Assembly: GCA_006546595.1 (NCBI GenBank)
Contig: VIAD01000019.1
Coordinates: 17,493-49,492 of the forward strand
Length of the DNA stretch: 32,000 bases
Reading direction: 5' to 3'
Source: Moraxellaceae bacterium AER2_44_116
Lineage (GTDB): Bacteria; Pseudomonadota; Gammaproteobacteria; Pseudomonadales; Moraxellaceae
Every line of letters begins with the position of its first letter. Within the stretch, counting starts at the first letter, position 1. Shown piece by piece: positions 18,769 to 27,841 of this stretch. The notes beneath the pieces were generated by a model. The model did no database searches. It had not been told where the DNA came from and worked only from the letters and a program-made list of their open reading frames with translations. The position numbers were made by a program, and so were the translations under genes.

Positions 18769-19575
18769 TTATGGTGTACCTCTTAAATCAATAAACGGTG
18801 TTGCTGCGCCTGTAACTTGCGGCAATTTTCCATCCCATTTTTCTATCGCCCGTTGCTGCATTTCGATTTGACGTAACTTAATCAAATTTTCAGTGACATT
18901 TTCTTTTTGCAAACGTAAAGACTCGGCTTCGGCTTGGGCTTGTAAAATCTTTTGGTCAGCCTCAATCCGAATGCGTTCTAAATCACGTTCAGCTTTGAGT
19001 TTTAATTGTTCAGCCGTAGTTTTTGACTCAATAGCATTACTAAATTCGCGTGAAAAAGCAAAATTGACAATCGAAAAATCATCCACGATCACGCCATAAA
19101 CGGCCAAACGCACTAATAATAACTGACGGATTTTTTCGCGGACTTCTTGGCGTTTCGAAATTAATTCTTCAGCGGTATATTGTGCTGTGGCTGCTTTGAC
19201 CGATTCAGAAACCGCAGGCAAAATAATACGCTCACCCACTTGATTAAATGTACCAATGGATTGATAGACATGAGCCACCTTTAACGGGTCTAAATGATAG
19301 TTAATAGCCACATTGGTGGTGACTTGTTGCAAGTCTTTAGAAGCCGCATCGCCCTGCCCTTCGCCTTTTTGGACTTGCACATTCATGATGATGACTTTTT
19401 GCATAATCGGAATACGAATATGCAAGCCTTCGTTTAATATTTCCTTTTGTACCGCGCCAAAATTCATCACCACACCACGCTCACCTGCGCCAATGACGAC
19501 AAAAGGATTTAGCGTTAACACAAGTATTAATGCGACAAAGGCAATAAACGCGTATTTTATTAGGCCAGTATTCAT
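18769..19575 (-). CDS. SPFH/band-7 protein, prohibitin subfamily, with a single N-terminal TM anchor
   Basis: 268-aa ORF with N-terminal helix YAFIAFVALILVLTL. The SPFH core is collinear with eukaryotic prohibitin (GERGVVMNFG..., SKDLQQVTTNVAINY, ILPAVSESVKAATAQYTAEELISKR, VDDFSIVNFAFSREFSNAIE). A coiled-coil tail follows. A GGGAG RBS precedes the gene. No NfeD or HflC partner is adjacent. Confidence 0.85.
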   Translation of the reverse strand: MNTGLIKYAFIAFVALILVLTLNPFVVIGAGERGVVMNFGAVQKEILNEGLHIRIPIMQKVIIMNVQVQKGEGQGDAASKDLQQVTTNVAINYHLDPLKVAHVYQSIGTFNQVGERIILPAVSESVKAATAQYTAEELISKRQEVREKIRQLLLVRLAVYGVIVDDFSIVNFAFSREFSNAIESKTTAEQLKLKAERDLERIRIEADQKILQAQAEAESLRLQKENVTENLIKLRQIEMQQRAIEKWDGKLPQVTGAATPFIDLRGTP

Positions 19576-19605
19576 GGCAACTCCCTAGTTCAGATTGAGG
19601 CAAAC

Positions 19606-21597
19606 GTGTTGAAGCTAATCACATTTATTGGGCAATTACTACTTTTGCTTACCCTACAACAAGCTCATGCCGACGAATTTAAACGCTTTGGCGCAAGCAA
19701 CTCAACGCAGAATAGCAATAAAACCGCTCAATTTTTACCTGCCGAACAAGCCTTCCAATTACTGGCCGAGCAAAAAGATCAAGAGTTAACGTTAAGCTTC
19801 ACCATTACACCCGATTATTATTTATACAAAGACCGTTTTAAGTTTCAAGTTAAATCGGGCAATGTCATTATTGGCCAAGCATTTTATAGTGCTGAACCTG
19901 AATGGAAAGACGATGCCGAGTTTGGTCGAGTGCAGGTATTTCATGAAAGTTTGACTGTCACTGCCCCTGTAAATGGCAGCGGGGAGCTAAAAATTTCTTG
20001 GCAAGGTTGTGCTGATGCAGGCTTGTGTTACGCGCCGCAAAGCCAAGTCGTCAATATTAGTGGCAAAAACCCGCAAAATACGATGATTAATAATACCGCT
20101 GTGACGACTGCCGAACCTGAAAAAACGCTTTCAGTCACTAAAGAGGAAATCAGTATCCCCATTCCTACACTGATTCCAACAGTTAGTTATGAAATAGTGG
20201 ATGAAAATAATCCCAGCAAGACAATTACTCAAACCAGTAGTTTACCGTCGTCATCAATTGCAACGACAAGCCAAACCGTCGTGACTAAAATGCCAACAGA
20301 CGACACTTTTGATTTAAGAAACAATCCCTTTTTAGCCCTGTTTACCTTATTTGCCTTAGGGGTTGGTTTGGCATTTACGCCTTGTGTACTGCCCATGTTG
20401 CCCATTGTTGCGGGTATTGTTGCCCGTCAACACGCGAGTAATGCGCGACAAGGTTTCTTTTTGGCGTTTGCTTATGGTGTCGGAGTCGCGTCGAGTTATG
20501 CACTACTAGGAGCATTAGTTTCATTGTTTGGTAGCCAAGCTAATTTATCGCTATGGCTGCAACATCCCATTGTTTTATCGGCATTTAGTGCGTTGTTTGT
20601 TATTTTGGCTCTCGCCAGTTTTGATGTTTTTCATTTGCAATTGCCTAGCAGTTGGCAACACCATTTAGATGCGTTAAGCAAAAAAGGCAAAGCTGGAAGT
20701 TTTGTCGGAACATGGTTGATGGGCTTTTTCTCGGCTCTTGTCGTTTCTCCGTGTGTATCTGCACCATTGGCAGGGGTTTTATTATCGGTATCAACATTAG
20801 GCAATCCCCTCATGGGTGCAATCGCCTTGTTTACTTTAGGCTTGGGTTTAAGTACACCGTTAATGATTTTAGGGGCGAGTGAAGGGCGATTCATGCCCAA
20901 AGCAGGTTTATGGTTGAATCGGGTGAAGCAATTATTTGGTGTGATGTTATTAGGTGTTGCTGTTATTTTGATGTCACGACTGATGCACGGCTCTACAGTT
21001 TTAGTGTTGTGGGCAATATTAAGTGTCGGTACAGGTTTTTGGCTCAATATGTGGGGTGGAAAATGGCGTTTAGTGTGGCGTAGTGCTTCCTATATTTTCT
21101 TAATTTGGGGTGCGACTTTGTTGGTGGGTGCTGCCACTGGAGGAACGAATCCTTTACAACCTTTAGATTTTATTAGAACGCCTAGCGTAATATCGGCAAC
21201 ACCATCCACCACAACCACATCAAACCAGAACGCTATCACTAACTTTCAAAAAATTCAGAATGTCGCGGAGTTAGATGCCGCCGTTGCTGCCGCTTACGCC
21301 AACAATCAAAAAGTCTTAGTCGATTTTTATGCTGATTGGTGTGTCAGTTGTAAAATTATGGATAAAGAGATATTTGCTCAAGCCGATATTCAACAACAGC
21401 TAAATGGTTGGGTATTGTTACGCGCTGATGTCACCAACAACACGGTCGCAGACCGCGAACTCATGCAACGCTTTCAAGTATTTGGCCCTCCTGCGATTCT
21501 CTTTTTTGAACAAGGGTTGGAGTTAAGCCAAGCGAGGATCGTTGGTGAAACGACTAAAGCAGCGTTTAGTGAGCATATTGGTAAAAATTTTGAGTAG
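19606..21597 (+). CDS. dsbD: Thiol:disulfide interchange protein DsbD
   Basis: GTG start with a GAGG RBS. The signal peptide ends ...QQAHA/DE. The alpha domain has CADAGLC, the TM domain has the paired Cys motifs FTPCVLPMLP and VSPCVSAPL, and the C-terminal thioredoxin motif is WCVSCK. Confidence 0.9.
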   Translation: MLKLITFIGQLLLLLTLQQAHADEFKRFGASNSTQNSNKTAQFLPAEQAFQLLAEQKDQELTLSFTITPDYYLYKDRFKFQVKSGNVIIGQAFYSAEPEWKDDAEFGRVQVFHESLTVTAPVNGSGELKISWQGCADAGLCYAPQSQVVNISGKNPQNTMINNTAVTTAEPEKTLSVTKEEISIPIPTLIPTVSYEIVDENNPSKTITQTSSLPSSSIATTSQTVVTKMPTDDTFDLRNNPFLALFTLFALGVGLAFTPCVLPMLPIVAGIVARQHASNARQGFFLAFAYGVGVASSYALLGALVSLFGSQANLSLWLQHPIVLSAFSALFVILALASFDVFHLQLPSSWQHHLDALSKKGKAGSFVGTWLMGFFSALVVSPCVSAPLAGVLLSVSTLGNPLMGAIALFTLGLGLSTPLMILGASEGRFMPKAGLWLNRVKQLFGVMLLGVAVILMSRLMHGSTVLVLWAILSVGTGFWLNMWGGKWRLVWRSASYIFLIWGATLLVGAATGGTNPLQPLDFIRTPSVISATPSTTTTSNQNAITNFQKIQNVAELDAAVAAAYANNQKVLVDFYADWCVSCKIMDKEIFAQADIQQQLNGWVLLRADVTNNTVADRELMQRFQVFGPPAILFFEQGLELSQARIVGETTKAAFSEHIGKNFE

Positions 21598-21610
21598 CGA
21601 AGGCTAGGTT

Positions 21611-21752
21611 CTGTTGACATTTGCTTAAACCAAACCTTCGACTCCGCTCAGGGAGCGTTTTTACGTTGGCTGAGCAGAGTCGAAGCCTTTTCTTATAGAC
21701 TTGAACTTAGATTTTTTAGCAAAAAACAATCTAAACATCAAAATATCAACAG
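21611..21752 (+). mobile_element. MITE-like palindromic repeat, copy B (best preserved)
   Basis: Terminal inverted repeats are CTGTTGACATTT (left) and the complement of AAATATCAACAG (right), matching at 11 of 12 positions. The internal inverted core is CTTCGACTCCGCTCAG...CTGAGCAGAGTCGAAG. It lies between convergent dsbD and metZ. Confidence 0.55.
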
Positions 21753-21879
21753 CCCCTAGAACATGTCCCTACTTTGTCGAAACGGACACTCGCTATTGCC
21801 TCACAAACTTAGTTTTGTAGATCCCGTGTTCCACAAAGGATGTCAAGCTTGATACCCGACTAAAAAAACTTTCATCACG

Positions 21880-23082
21880 TTAACGCATATTAGCAAAACC
21901 ACGTAAACAATCTGCTTTCAAATCGTTAATATCTTCCAAACCAACCGCAATACGAATCAAGCCTTCACTAATGCTCGCGGCTGTTTTAGCTTCAGGACTC
22001 AAACGACCATGTGTTGTTGAAGCGGGATGTGTAATGGTGGTTTTTGCATCGCCTAAATTAGCGGTAATTGACATTATTTTAGTGCCATCAATAAATCGCC
22101 ATGCCCCTTCACGCTCGCCTTTCACCACAAAGGACAATACACCGCCAAAGGCACGTTGTTGTTTAGCTGCTAATTGATGTTGAGGATGACTAGGCAAGCC
22201 TGAGTAGTTCACCTGCTCCACTTGGGGCTGTTTAACTAACCATTCCGCTAACGCCAACGCACTGGCAGAATGCGCTTCCATCCGTAAACGTAAGGTTTCT
22301 AAGCCTTTGAGGAATATCCATGCGTTAAACGCACTCATCGTGGGGCCACACGTACGCACCACACCATACACTTCTTCGACTAATTTATGACTGCCAACCA
22401 CCGCACCACCTAAAGCGCGTCCCTGACCATCTAAATATTTAGTTGCCGAATGAATAATTAAATCTGCACCCAAAGCGAGCGGTTTTTGCAAGGCTGGTGT
22501 ACAAAAGCAATTATCAACCGCCAACAAAATACCGTGTTGATGCGCCAAATTTGCCAATACGGCAATATCCGCCACCTCACAAATCGGATTACTGGGCGTT
22601 TCTAAAAAGAACAATTTAGTTGTTGGTTGAATGGCAACTCGCCACTCTTCTAAATCTGTTAAAGAGACAAAAGTCGTCGTTACACCAAATTTTTTCAGGT
22701 ACTTTTCAAACAAGACATTGGTTGTACCAAAGACCGCGCGCGAACAGACAACATGATCGCCTGCCGACAAAAAAGCTAAAGCGGTTGCTAAAATAGCCGC
22801 CATGCCCGAACTGGTGGCAACTGCCCGCTCGCCACCTTCCAAGGCCGCTAATCGTTGTTCAAAGGTGCGAACGGTAGGATTGGTAAACCGAGAATAAATA
22901 TTGCCCGCTTCTGTACCACCAAATCGTGCCGCGGCATGGGCGGCACTGTCAAAAACAAACGACGAGGTTAAAAACAACGCTTCACTGTGTTCACCTTCGT
23001 TGGTGCGCGCACAACCTGCACGCACAGCTAAGGTATCAAACGCAACTTCTGCCCAAACATCATCGTTTACTTCGGGGGACAT
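21880..23082 (-). CDS. metZ: O-succinylhomoserine sulfhydrylase (Cys/Met-metabolism PLP enzyme)
   Basis: 400-aa ORF, collinear from memory with Pseudomonas MetZ (FDTLAVRAG..., GEHSEALFLTSSFVF, YSRFTNPTV, PLP-lysine HSATKYLDGQG, TITHPASTTHGRL). The purF-metZ adjacency matches Pseudomonas. Confidence 0.85.
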   Translation of the reverse strand: MSPEVNDDVWAEVAFDTLAVRAGCARTNEGEHSEALFLTSSFVFDSAAHAAARFGGTEAGNIYSRFTNPTVRTFEQRLAALEGGERAVATSSGMAAILATALAFLSAGDHVVCSRAVFGTTNVLFEKYLKKFGVTTTFVSLTDLEEWRVAIQPTTKLFFLETPSNPICEVADIAVLANLAHQHGILLAVDNCFCTPALQKPLALGADLIIHSATKYLDGQGRALGGAVVGSHKLVEEVYGVVRTCGPTMSAFNAWIFLKGLETLRLRMEAHSASALALAEWLVKQPQVEQVNYSGLPSHPQHQLAAKQQRAFGGVLSFVVKGEREGAWRFIDGTKIMSITANLGDAKTTITHPASTTHGRLSPEAKTAASISEGLIRIAVGLEDINDLKADCLRGFANMR

Positions 23083-23092
23083 GACAGACTCC

Positions 23093-24616
23093 TTAGTCTA
23101 TATCTTGCACGTTAGCTAACTCAATGGTGACATTTTCAACTTGCTGTACTTTACGCTTAGCACCATCGTTACGCGACTTGGCTAAACGGTCTAAATAGGC
23201 ATCATCAATATCACCCGTAATATATTGGCCGTCAAATACCGAGCAATCAAACTGTTCAATATCAGGATTGCCTTCACGCGCAGAGGCGATTAAGTCGGAT
23301 AAATCTTGATAAATTAAGCCATCAGCACCAATCAATTGGCAAATTTCTTCCGTGGTATTGCCATGCGCGATCAGTTCCGATTTGGCAGGCATATCAATAC
23401 CATAGACATTGGGGAAACGTACGGGCGGAGCTGCCGAAGCAAAATAGACTTTACGTGCGCCAACATCACGCGCCATTTGAATGATTTCTTTACAGGTTGT
23501 GCCACGAACAATCGAATCATCCACTAACAACACGTTTTTGCCGCGAAATTCTAAATCAACGGGGCTTAATTTTTGGCGTACCGATTTTTTACGCTGGCTT
23601 TGACCCGGCATAATAAACGTACGACCAATATAATGATTTTTCATAAAGCCTTCACGGTATTTCACGTTGAGCTTATTGGCTAACTCTAGCGCAGCGGTAC
23701 GACTAGTATCGGGAATCGGAATGACGACATCAATGTCATGGTCTTCACCCCACTCACGCTTGATTTTCATCGCCAGTTTTTCACCCATGCGTAACCGTGA
23801 TTTGTACACTGAGATATTATCAATGCGCGAATCTGGACGGGCAAAATAAACATATTCAAAAATACAAGGCGCAAAAACGACGTTATCCGCACATTGGCGG
23901 CTAAACATTTCACCCTCATTATTGATGAATATGGCCTCACCGGGTGCTAAGTCACGAACCACTTTAAAACCTAATGCGGTAATGGCTACCGACTCAGAGG
24001 CAATAATGTATTCTTTACCTTCTGCTGTCTCGCGTTCGCCATAAATAATAGGACGAATGCCATTTGGGTCTCTAAAACCTAATAGGCCATAACCTGTCAC
24101 CATCGCCACCACAGCATACGCGCCACGACAACGCTTATGTACTGCACTCACCGCCTGAAAAATATCATTCTCAGTGGGTTGTAATTTGCCCAGTGCTTGC
24201 AACTCATGGGCAAAGACATTGAGTAAAACTTCAGAATCAGAATCGGTGTTGATATGACGTAAATCGCTACGGAATAAATCTTTCGCAATTTCATCGGCAT
24301 TGGTTAAATTACCGTTATGTGCCAAGGTCACACCATAGGGTGAGTTGACATAAAAAGGCTGTGCTTCGGCAGAACTCGATGAGCCTGCGGTGGGATAACG
24401 CACATGACCAATACCAAAATTACCAATCAAACGCAGCATGTGACGAGTATGAAAGACATCTCGCACCATACCGTTATCTTTACGCAAAAATAAACGGCCA
24501 TCGTGAATAGTCACAATGCCAGCGGCATCTTGGCCTCGATGTTGTAATACGGTCAACGCGTCATAAAGAGCTTGATTGACGGGCGACTTACCGGCAATGC
24601 CGACGATACCGCACAT
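23093..24616 (-). CDS. purF: Amidophosphoribosyltransferase
   Basis: N-terminal nucleophile MCGIVGI and PRPP-binding loop [13 protein letters not shown]. 507 aa. Confidence 0.97.
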   Translation of the reverse strand: MCGIVGIAGKSPVNQALYDALTVLQHRGQDAAGIVTIHDGRLFLRKDNGMVRDVFHTRHMLRLIGNFGIGHVRYPTAGSSSSAEAQPFYVNSPYGVTLAHNGNLTNADEIAKDLFRSDLRHINTDSDSEVLLNVFAHELQALGKLQPTENDIFQAVSAVHKRCRGAYAVVAMVTGYGLLGFRDPNGIRPIIYGERETAEGKEYIIASESVAITALGFKVVRDLAPGEAIFINNEGEMFSRQCADNVVFAPCIFEYVYFARPDSRIDNISVYKSRLRMGEKLAMKIKREWGEDHDIDVVIPIPDTSRTAALELANKLNVKYREGFMKNHYIGRTFIMPGQSQRKKSVRQKLSPVDLEFRGKNVLLVDDSIVRGTTCKEIIQMARDVGARKVYFASAAPPVRFPNVYGIDMPAKSELIAHGNTTEEICQLIGADGLIYQDLSDLIASAREGNPDIEQFDCSVFDGQYITGDIDDAYLDRLAKSRNDGAKRKVQQVENVTIELANVQDID

Positions 24617-24624
24617 AGTTCACC

Positions 24625-25149
24625 TCAATGTTGGCTGGATTTAGGAATAATAATCGGTGTTTTAGGTAACTGATGCACTTGCTTTTTAACCTCGTCGGTA
24701 AATTGCTGGGCAACAGGCACATAAGGTAATAAGGCATTCGGAAATGTGGCTTCTTGCCACCACGCATCATTCTTGAGGAAAGGTGCGAGTAGATTAATCA
24801 CTAATAAAACAATCAGTAAACCACGCGCTGCACCAAAGCCTGCACCCATTAATTTATCCACAGGATTTAAGGCTAAGGCTTTTAATAAGCTGTGTAGTAC
24901 TAAAGCAATCAGGTAACTGAGCAACACCATGCTTAAACACAACACTAAAAAAGCCACCGCTTTTTGTAATGAAGGCGTTTTAATTAACGGGGCTAATACG
25001 AGGGCAAACGATTGATAGCCGTTAATAGCGACAAGCAAACCCATCACCCAGCCCATCAACGCCAATGATTCTCGGACTAAACCACGGGTAAAGCCTTTCC
25101 ATAACGAAAGTGCAATGACTGCCAAAATAACAAGATCAGCTAACGGCAT
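24625..25149 (-). CDS. cvpA: CvpA family membrane protein (colicin V production protein)
   Basis: 174-aa protein with four hydrophobic helices. It lies immediately upstream of purF (8-nt gap), matching the conserved cvpA-purF arrangement. Confidence 0.85.
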   Translation of the reverse strand: MPLADLVILAVIALSLWKGFTRGLVRESLALMGWVMGLLVAINGYQSFALVLAPLIKTPSLQKAVAFLVLCLSMVLLSYLIALVLHSLLKALALNPVDKLMGAGFGAARGLLIVLLVINLLAPFLKNDAWWQEATFPNALLPYVPVAQQFTDEVKKQVHQLPKTPIIIPKSSQH

Positions 25150-25185
25150 AACACGGGGTATCTCTTGGCTAAAGGAGGCGAACTA

Positions 25186-25201
25186 GGCGAATAAATTCGC
25201 C
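25186..25201. repeat. 16-bp perfect palindrome GGCGAATAAATTCGCC, copy 2
   Basis: Identical to 11332-11347. It lies directly 3' of the pyrD stop codon (25203-25205), and a GGCGAA half-site lies 3 nt away (25177-25182). Confidence 0.6.
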
Positions 25202-25202
25202 C

Positions 25203-26222
25203 CTACTGTGTTGCTTTAATAGCCTGTACGGCATCTTGAATTAATGGAGGGCCATTATAAATAAACCCTGTATAAATTTGCACCAAACTCGCGCCTGCGG
25301 CCATTTTATCAGCGGCACTGACACCGTCCATAATCCCACCAACACCAATCACGGGAATTCGACCATCAAGTGCTTGACACAAACGTGCCAAGGTATAATT
25401 AGACAATGCTTTCAATGGCTTACCACTTAAGCCGCCTGCTTCATTGGCTAAACTTAGGCTTTCAATACCTGCTCGGCCAATAGTGGTATTAGTGGCGATT
25501 ACACCATCAATACGATGTTCAACCAATTGTTCAGCGATGTATTCAATATCTTCATCTTGGAGATCAGGCGCAATTTTCACCGCTAATGGCACATAATGAC
25601 CATGATGCGCGGCTAAACGTGCTTGGCATGCTTTCAGTTGTTGCAGTAAATCTGAAAAAGCACTACCCGTTTGCAAAGAGCGTAGTCCTTGGGTATTGGG
25701 CGATGAGATATTGACCGCAACATAAGAGGCGTATTCATACACTTTTTCTAAGCAATGAACATAATCTTCGGCGGCATTTTCGACAGGAGTCGTCGCATTT
25801 TTACCGATATTGATGCCTAACACACCATCAAACTTTGCTTTTTTGACTTGCTCAACCAAATGGTCAACGCCTAAATTATTAAAACCCATGCGGTTAATAA
25901 TGGCTTGAGCTTCGGGAATACGAAATAAACGTGGTTGAGGATTACCGTCTTGAGGGCGAGGCGTTACCGTACCGATTTCGATAAAACCAAAACCAAGAGC
26001 CGCTAAGGCATCAATATAATCGCCATTTTTATCCAAACCTGCGGCTAAACCGACGGGATTAGGAAAGTCTATGCCCATCACCTGAACAGGCTGGCTAGGT
26101 GTTGAATAGAATAACTTAAGTAAACCGAGCGTCTCACCAATCGCTAAACTGCGTAACGCCGCATGATGCGAAGCCTCTGGCGACAGCCGAAACAGTAACT
26201 GTCGAATAAGCGAATAGAACAT
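25203..26222 (-). CDS. pyrD: Dihydroorotate dehydrogenase (quinone), class 2
   Basis: [23 protein letters not shown] aligns with the E. coli PyrD N-terminus MYYPFVRKALFQLDPERAH. Also present are [28 protein letters not shown] and ISSPNT. The ORF-track GTG start at 26261 falls on a TATAAT box, so I chose the ATG at 26222. Confidence 0.95.
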   Translation of the reverse strand: MFYSLIRQLLFRLSPEASHHAALRSLAIGETLGLLKLFYSTPSQPVQVMGIDFPNPVGLAAGLDKNGDYIDALAALGFGFIEIGTVTPRPQDGNPQPRLFRIPEAQAIINRMGFNNLGVDHLVEQVKKAKFDGVLGINIGKNATTPVENAAEDYVHCLEKVYEYASYVAVNISSPNTQGLRSLQTGSAFSDLLQQLKACQARLAAHHGHYVPLAVKIAPDLQDEDIEYIAEQLVEHRIDGVIATNTTIGRAGIESLSLANEAGGLSGKPLKALSNYTLARLCQALDGRIPVIGVGGIMDGVSAADKMAAGASLVQIYTGFIYNGPPLIQDAVQAIKATQ

Positions 26223-26252
26223 AACAAATCCCAGCCAAGCGCAAGGTGGGAG

Positions 26253-26258
26253 ATTATA
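26253..26258 (-). promoter_or_regulatory. Candidate -10 box (TATAAT) of a pyrD promoter
   Basis: The minus strand reads ...AACGTGTATAATCTCCC... about 30 nt upstream of the pyrD ATG. The -35 region is weak. Confidence 0.35.
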
Positions 26259-26338
26259 CACGTTTTAATGACTAGGAGCAGAGGTGTCCGTTAGACTGAT
26301 GGCTAAGAGCATGATAAATCGCGCCCCTAGCCACGAAT

Positions 26339-27178
26339 TTATCCACGTCGCGTCATAAACGCTAAACGTTCCAACAAATGTACATCTTGCTCATTCTTTA
26401 ACAATGCGCCATGCAACGGCGGAATAGCACTGCGCGTGTCACGATTACGCAAGACGTTTTCGGGCATATCGTCAGAAAACAACAATTTCAACCAATCAAT
26501 TAATTCAGAGGTGGATGGCCGTTTTTTCAAACCCGGTACTTTACGGAGATCAAAAAATATTTCTAACGCTTCTTTGACTAAATTTTGTTGGGTGTTGGGA
26601 TAATGCACAGCAACAATTTTTTTCATCGTTTCCACATCAGGGAAGACAATATAATGAAAGAAACAACGACGCAAAAAGGCATCAGGGAGGTCTTTTTCGT
26701 TGTTTGATGTGATGATAATAATCGGACGATGTTTGGTTTTAATCGTCTCCCCTGTTTCGTAAACAAAAAATTCCATTTTGTCTAATTCGGTTAACAGGTC
26801 ATTCGGAAACTCAATATCGGCTTTGTCGATTTCATCAATCAATAGTACAACACGTTCATCACTTTCAAAGGCTTCCCATAATTTGCCTTTTTTGATGTAG
26901 TTTTTAATATCAAACACACGGCTGTCGCCTAATTGTGAGTCGCGCAGACGAGAAACAGCATCATATTCATACAAGCCTTGTTGCGCTTTGGTGGTTGACT
27001 TCACATGCCATTGAATCAATTTTAAGCCTAAGGATTGAGCAACTTGCTCGGCCAATAGCGTTTTACCTGTCCCCGGCTCACCTTTAATTAATAAAGGTCT
27101 TTGCAAAGTAATGGACGCATTGACGGCCATTTTTAAGTCGTCCGTTGCGACATAAGCTTCTGTACCCGTAAATTGCAT
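26339..27178 (-). CDS. MoxR-like AAA+ ATPase (AAA_5/CbbQ-NorQ-like core)
   Basis: 279-aa ORF with Walker A GEPGTGKT, Walker B VLLIDEIDKA, and a sensor/arginine-finger region ITSNNEKDLPDAFLRRC. A GAGGGTG RBS precedes it, 15 nt after the upstream membrane-protein gene. Confidence 0.8.
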   Translation of the reverse strand: MQFTGTEAYVATDDLKMAVNASITLQRPLLIKGEPGTGKTLLAEQVAQSLGLKLIQWHVKSTTKAQQGLYEYDAVSRLRDSQLGDSRVFDIKNYIKKGKLWEAFESDERVVLLIDEIDKADIEFPNDLLTELDKMEFFVYETGETIKTKHRPIIIITSNNEKDLPDAFLRRCFFHYIVFPDVETMKKIVAVHYPNTQQNLVKEALEIFFDLRKVPGLKKRPSTSELIDWLKLLFSDDMPENVLRNRDTRSAIPPLHGALLKNEQDVHLLERLAFMTRRG

Positions 27179-27193
27179 CGTATCACCCTCACA

Positions 27194-27511
27194 TCAAATT
27201 GGTTGTTTTCGAGTCATGAACCATGCCACAAAACAAGCAATGGTTGAAACCGCTAAAATGGGAAATAAACTTTTTAATGCTGTTACACCAAAACCCGACA
27301 GTGCGTGAAACATCGTCGCCACAATCGCAGGTGCAGGCACCCATGTTGTGCTATCAATTGGCCAAGGAGTCAACATAATACACGCGAATAACACCAACAA
27401 AATTGGCTGAACCGACTGAGGAAAATAATGGGCAAAACCCTTCTTATAAACCCACAACAAACCAAACGCTGCGGCAAGATAAACCAGCCAAGCCACCAAA
27501 TAACCCACCAT
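27194..27511 (-). CDS. Small hydrophobic membrane protein, function unknown (3-4 predicted TM helices)
   Basis: 105-aa ORF that is almost entirely hydrophobic (YLVAWLVYLAAAFGLLWV, ILLVLFACIMLTPW, APAIVATMFHALSGFGV, FPILAVSTIACFVAWF). It is packed tightly between ycgL and the AAA+ gene. No recognisable family motif. Confidence 0.5.
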   Translation of the reverse strand: MVGYLVAWLVYLAAAFGLLWVYKKGFAHYFPQSVQPILLVLFACIMLTPWPIDSTTWVPAPAIVATMFHALSGFGVTALKSLFPILAVSTIACFVAWFMTRKQPI

Positions 27512-27534
27512 AATCGCAGTCTCTCGGCTAAGTG

Positions 27535-27831
27535 TTACTGATATTTGCTTTCGTCAGGGCGAAACAAGTCCAACATATAATTTTCACGTTGTGGCGGCAT
27601 TTGTAAATAAAAGCCTTTCTCTTGTAAGTCGGCTAATACTAATGCCACATCAGCGCGTGCCAGTTTTTTTTCAGGCGTTAACAGTAATGTACCAAACAAT
27701 GTCGCTTTGCCGAACATTTCCACTAACGCTTCAGGAACACGCTGAAAACCGTCGGCTTTACGCACATACAAATACATTTCGTCTCTTTTTGAGCTTTTGT
27801 AAATGCTACAAATTTCAGGTTTGACACTCAT
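27535..27831 (-). CDS. ycgL: YcgL domain-containing protein
   Basis: ICSIYKSSKRDEMYLYVRKADGFQRVPEALVEMFG...EKGFYLQMPP is collinear with E. coli YcgL ([29 protein letters not shown]...QGYYLQLPP). I chose the ATG at 27831 (MSVKPE) because the track start at 27891 overlaps the rnd 3' end. Confidence 0.8.
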   Translation of the reverse strand: MSVKPEICSIYKSSKRDEMYLYVRKADGFQRVPEALVEMFGKATLFGTLLLTPEKKLARADVALVLADLQEKGFYLQMPPQRENYMLDLFRPDESKYQ

Positions 27832-27841
27832 AGACTTGTTC

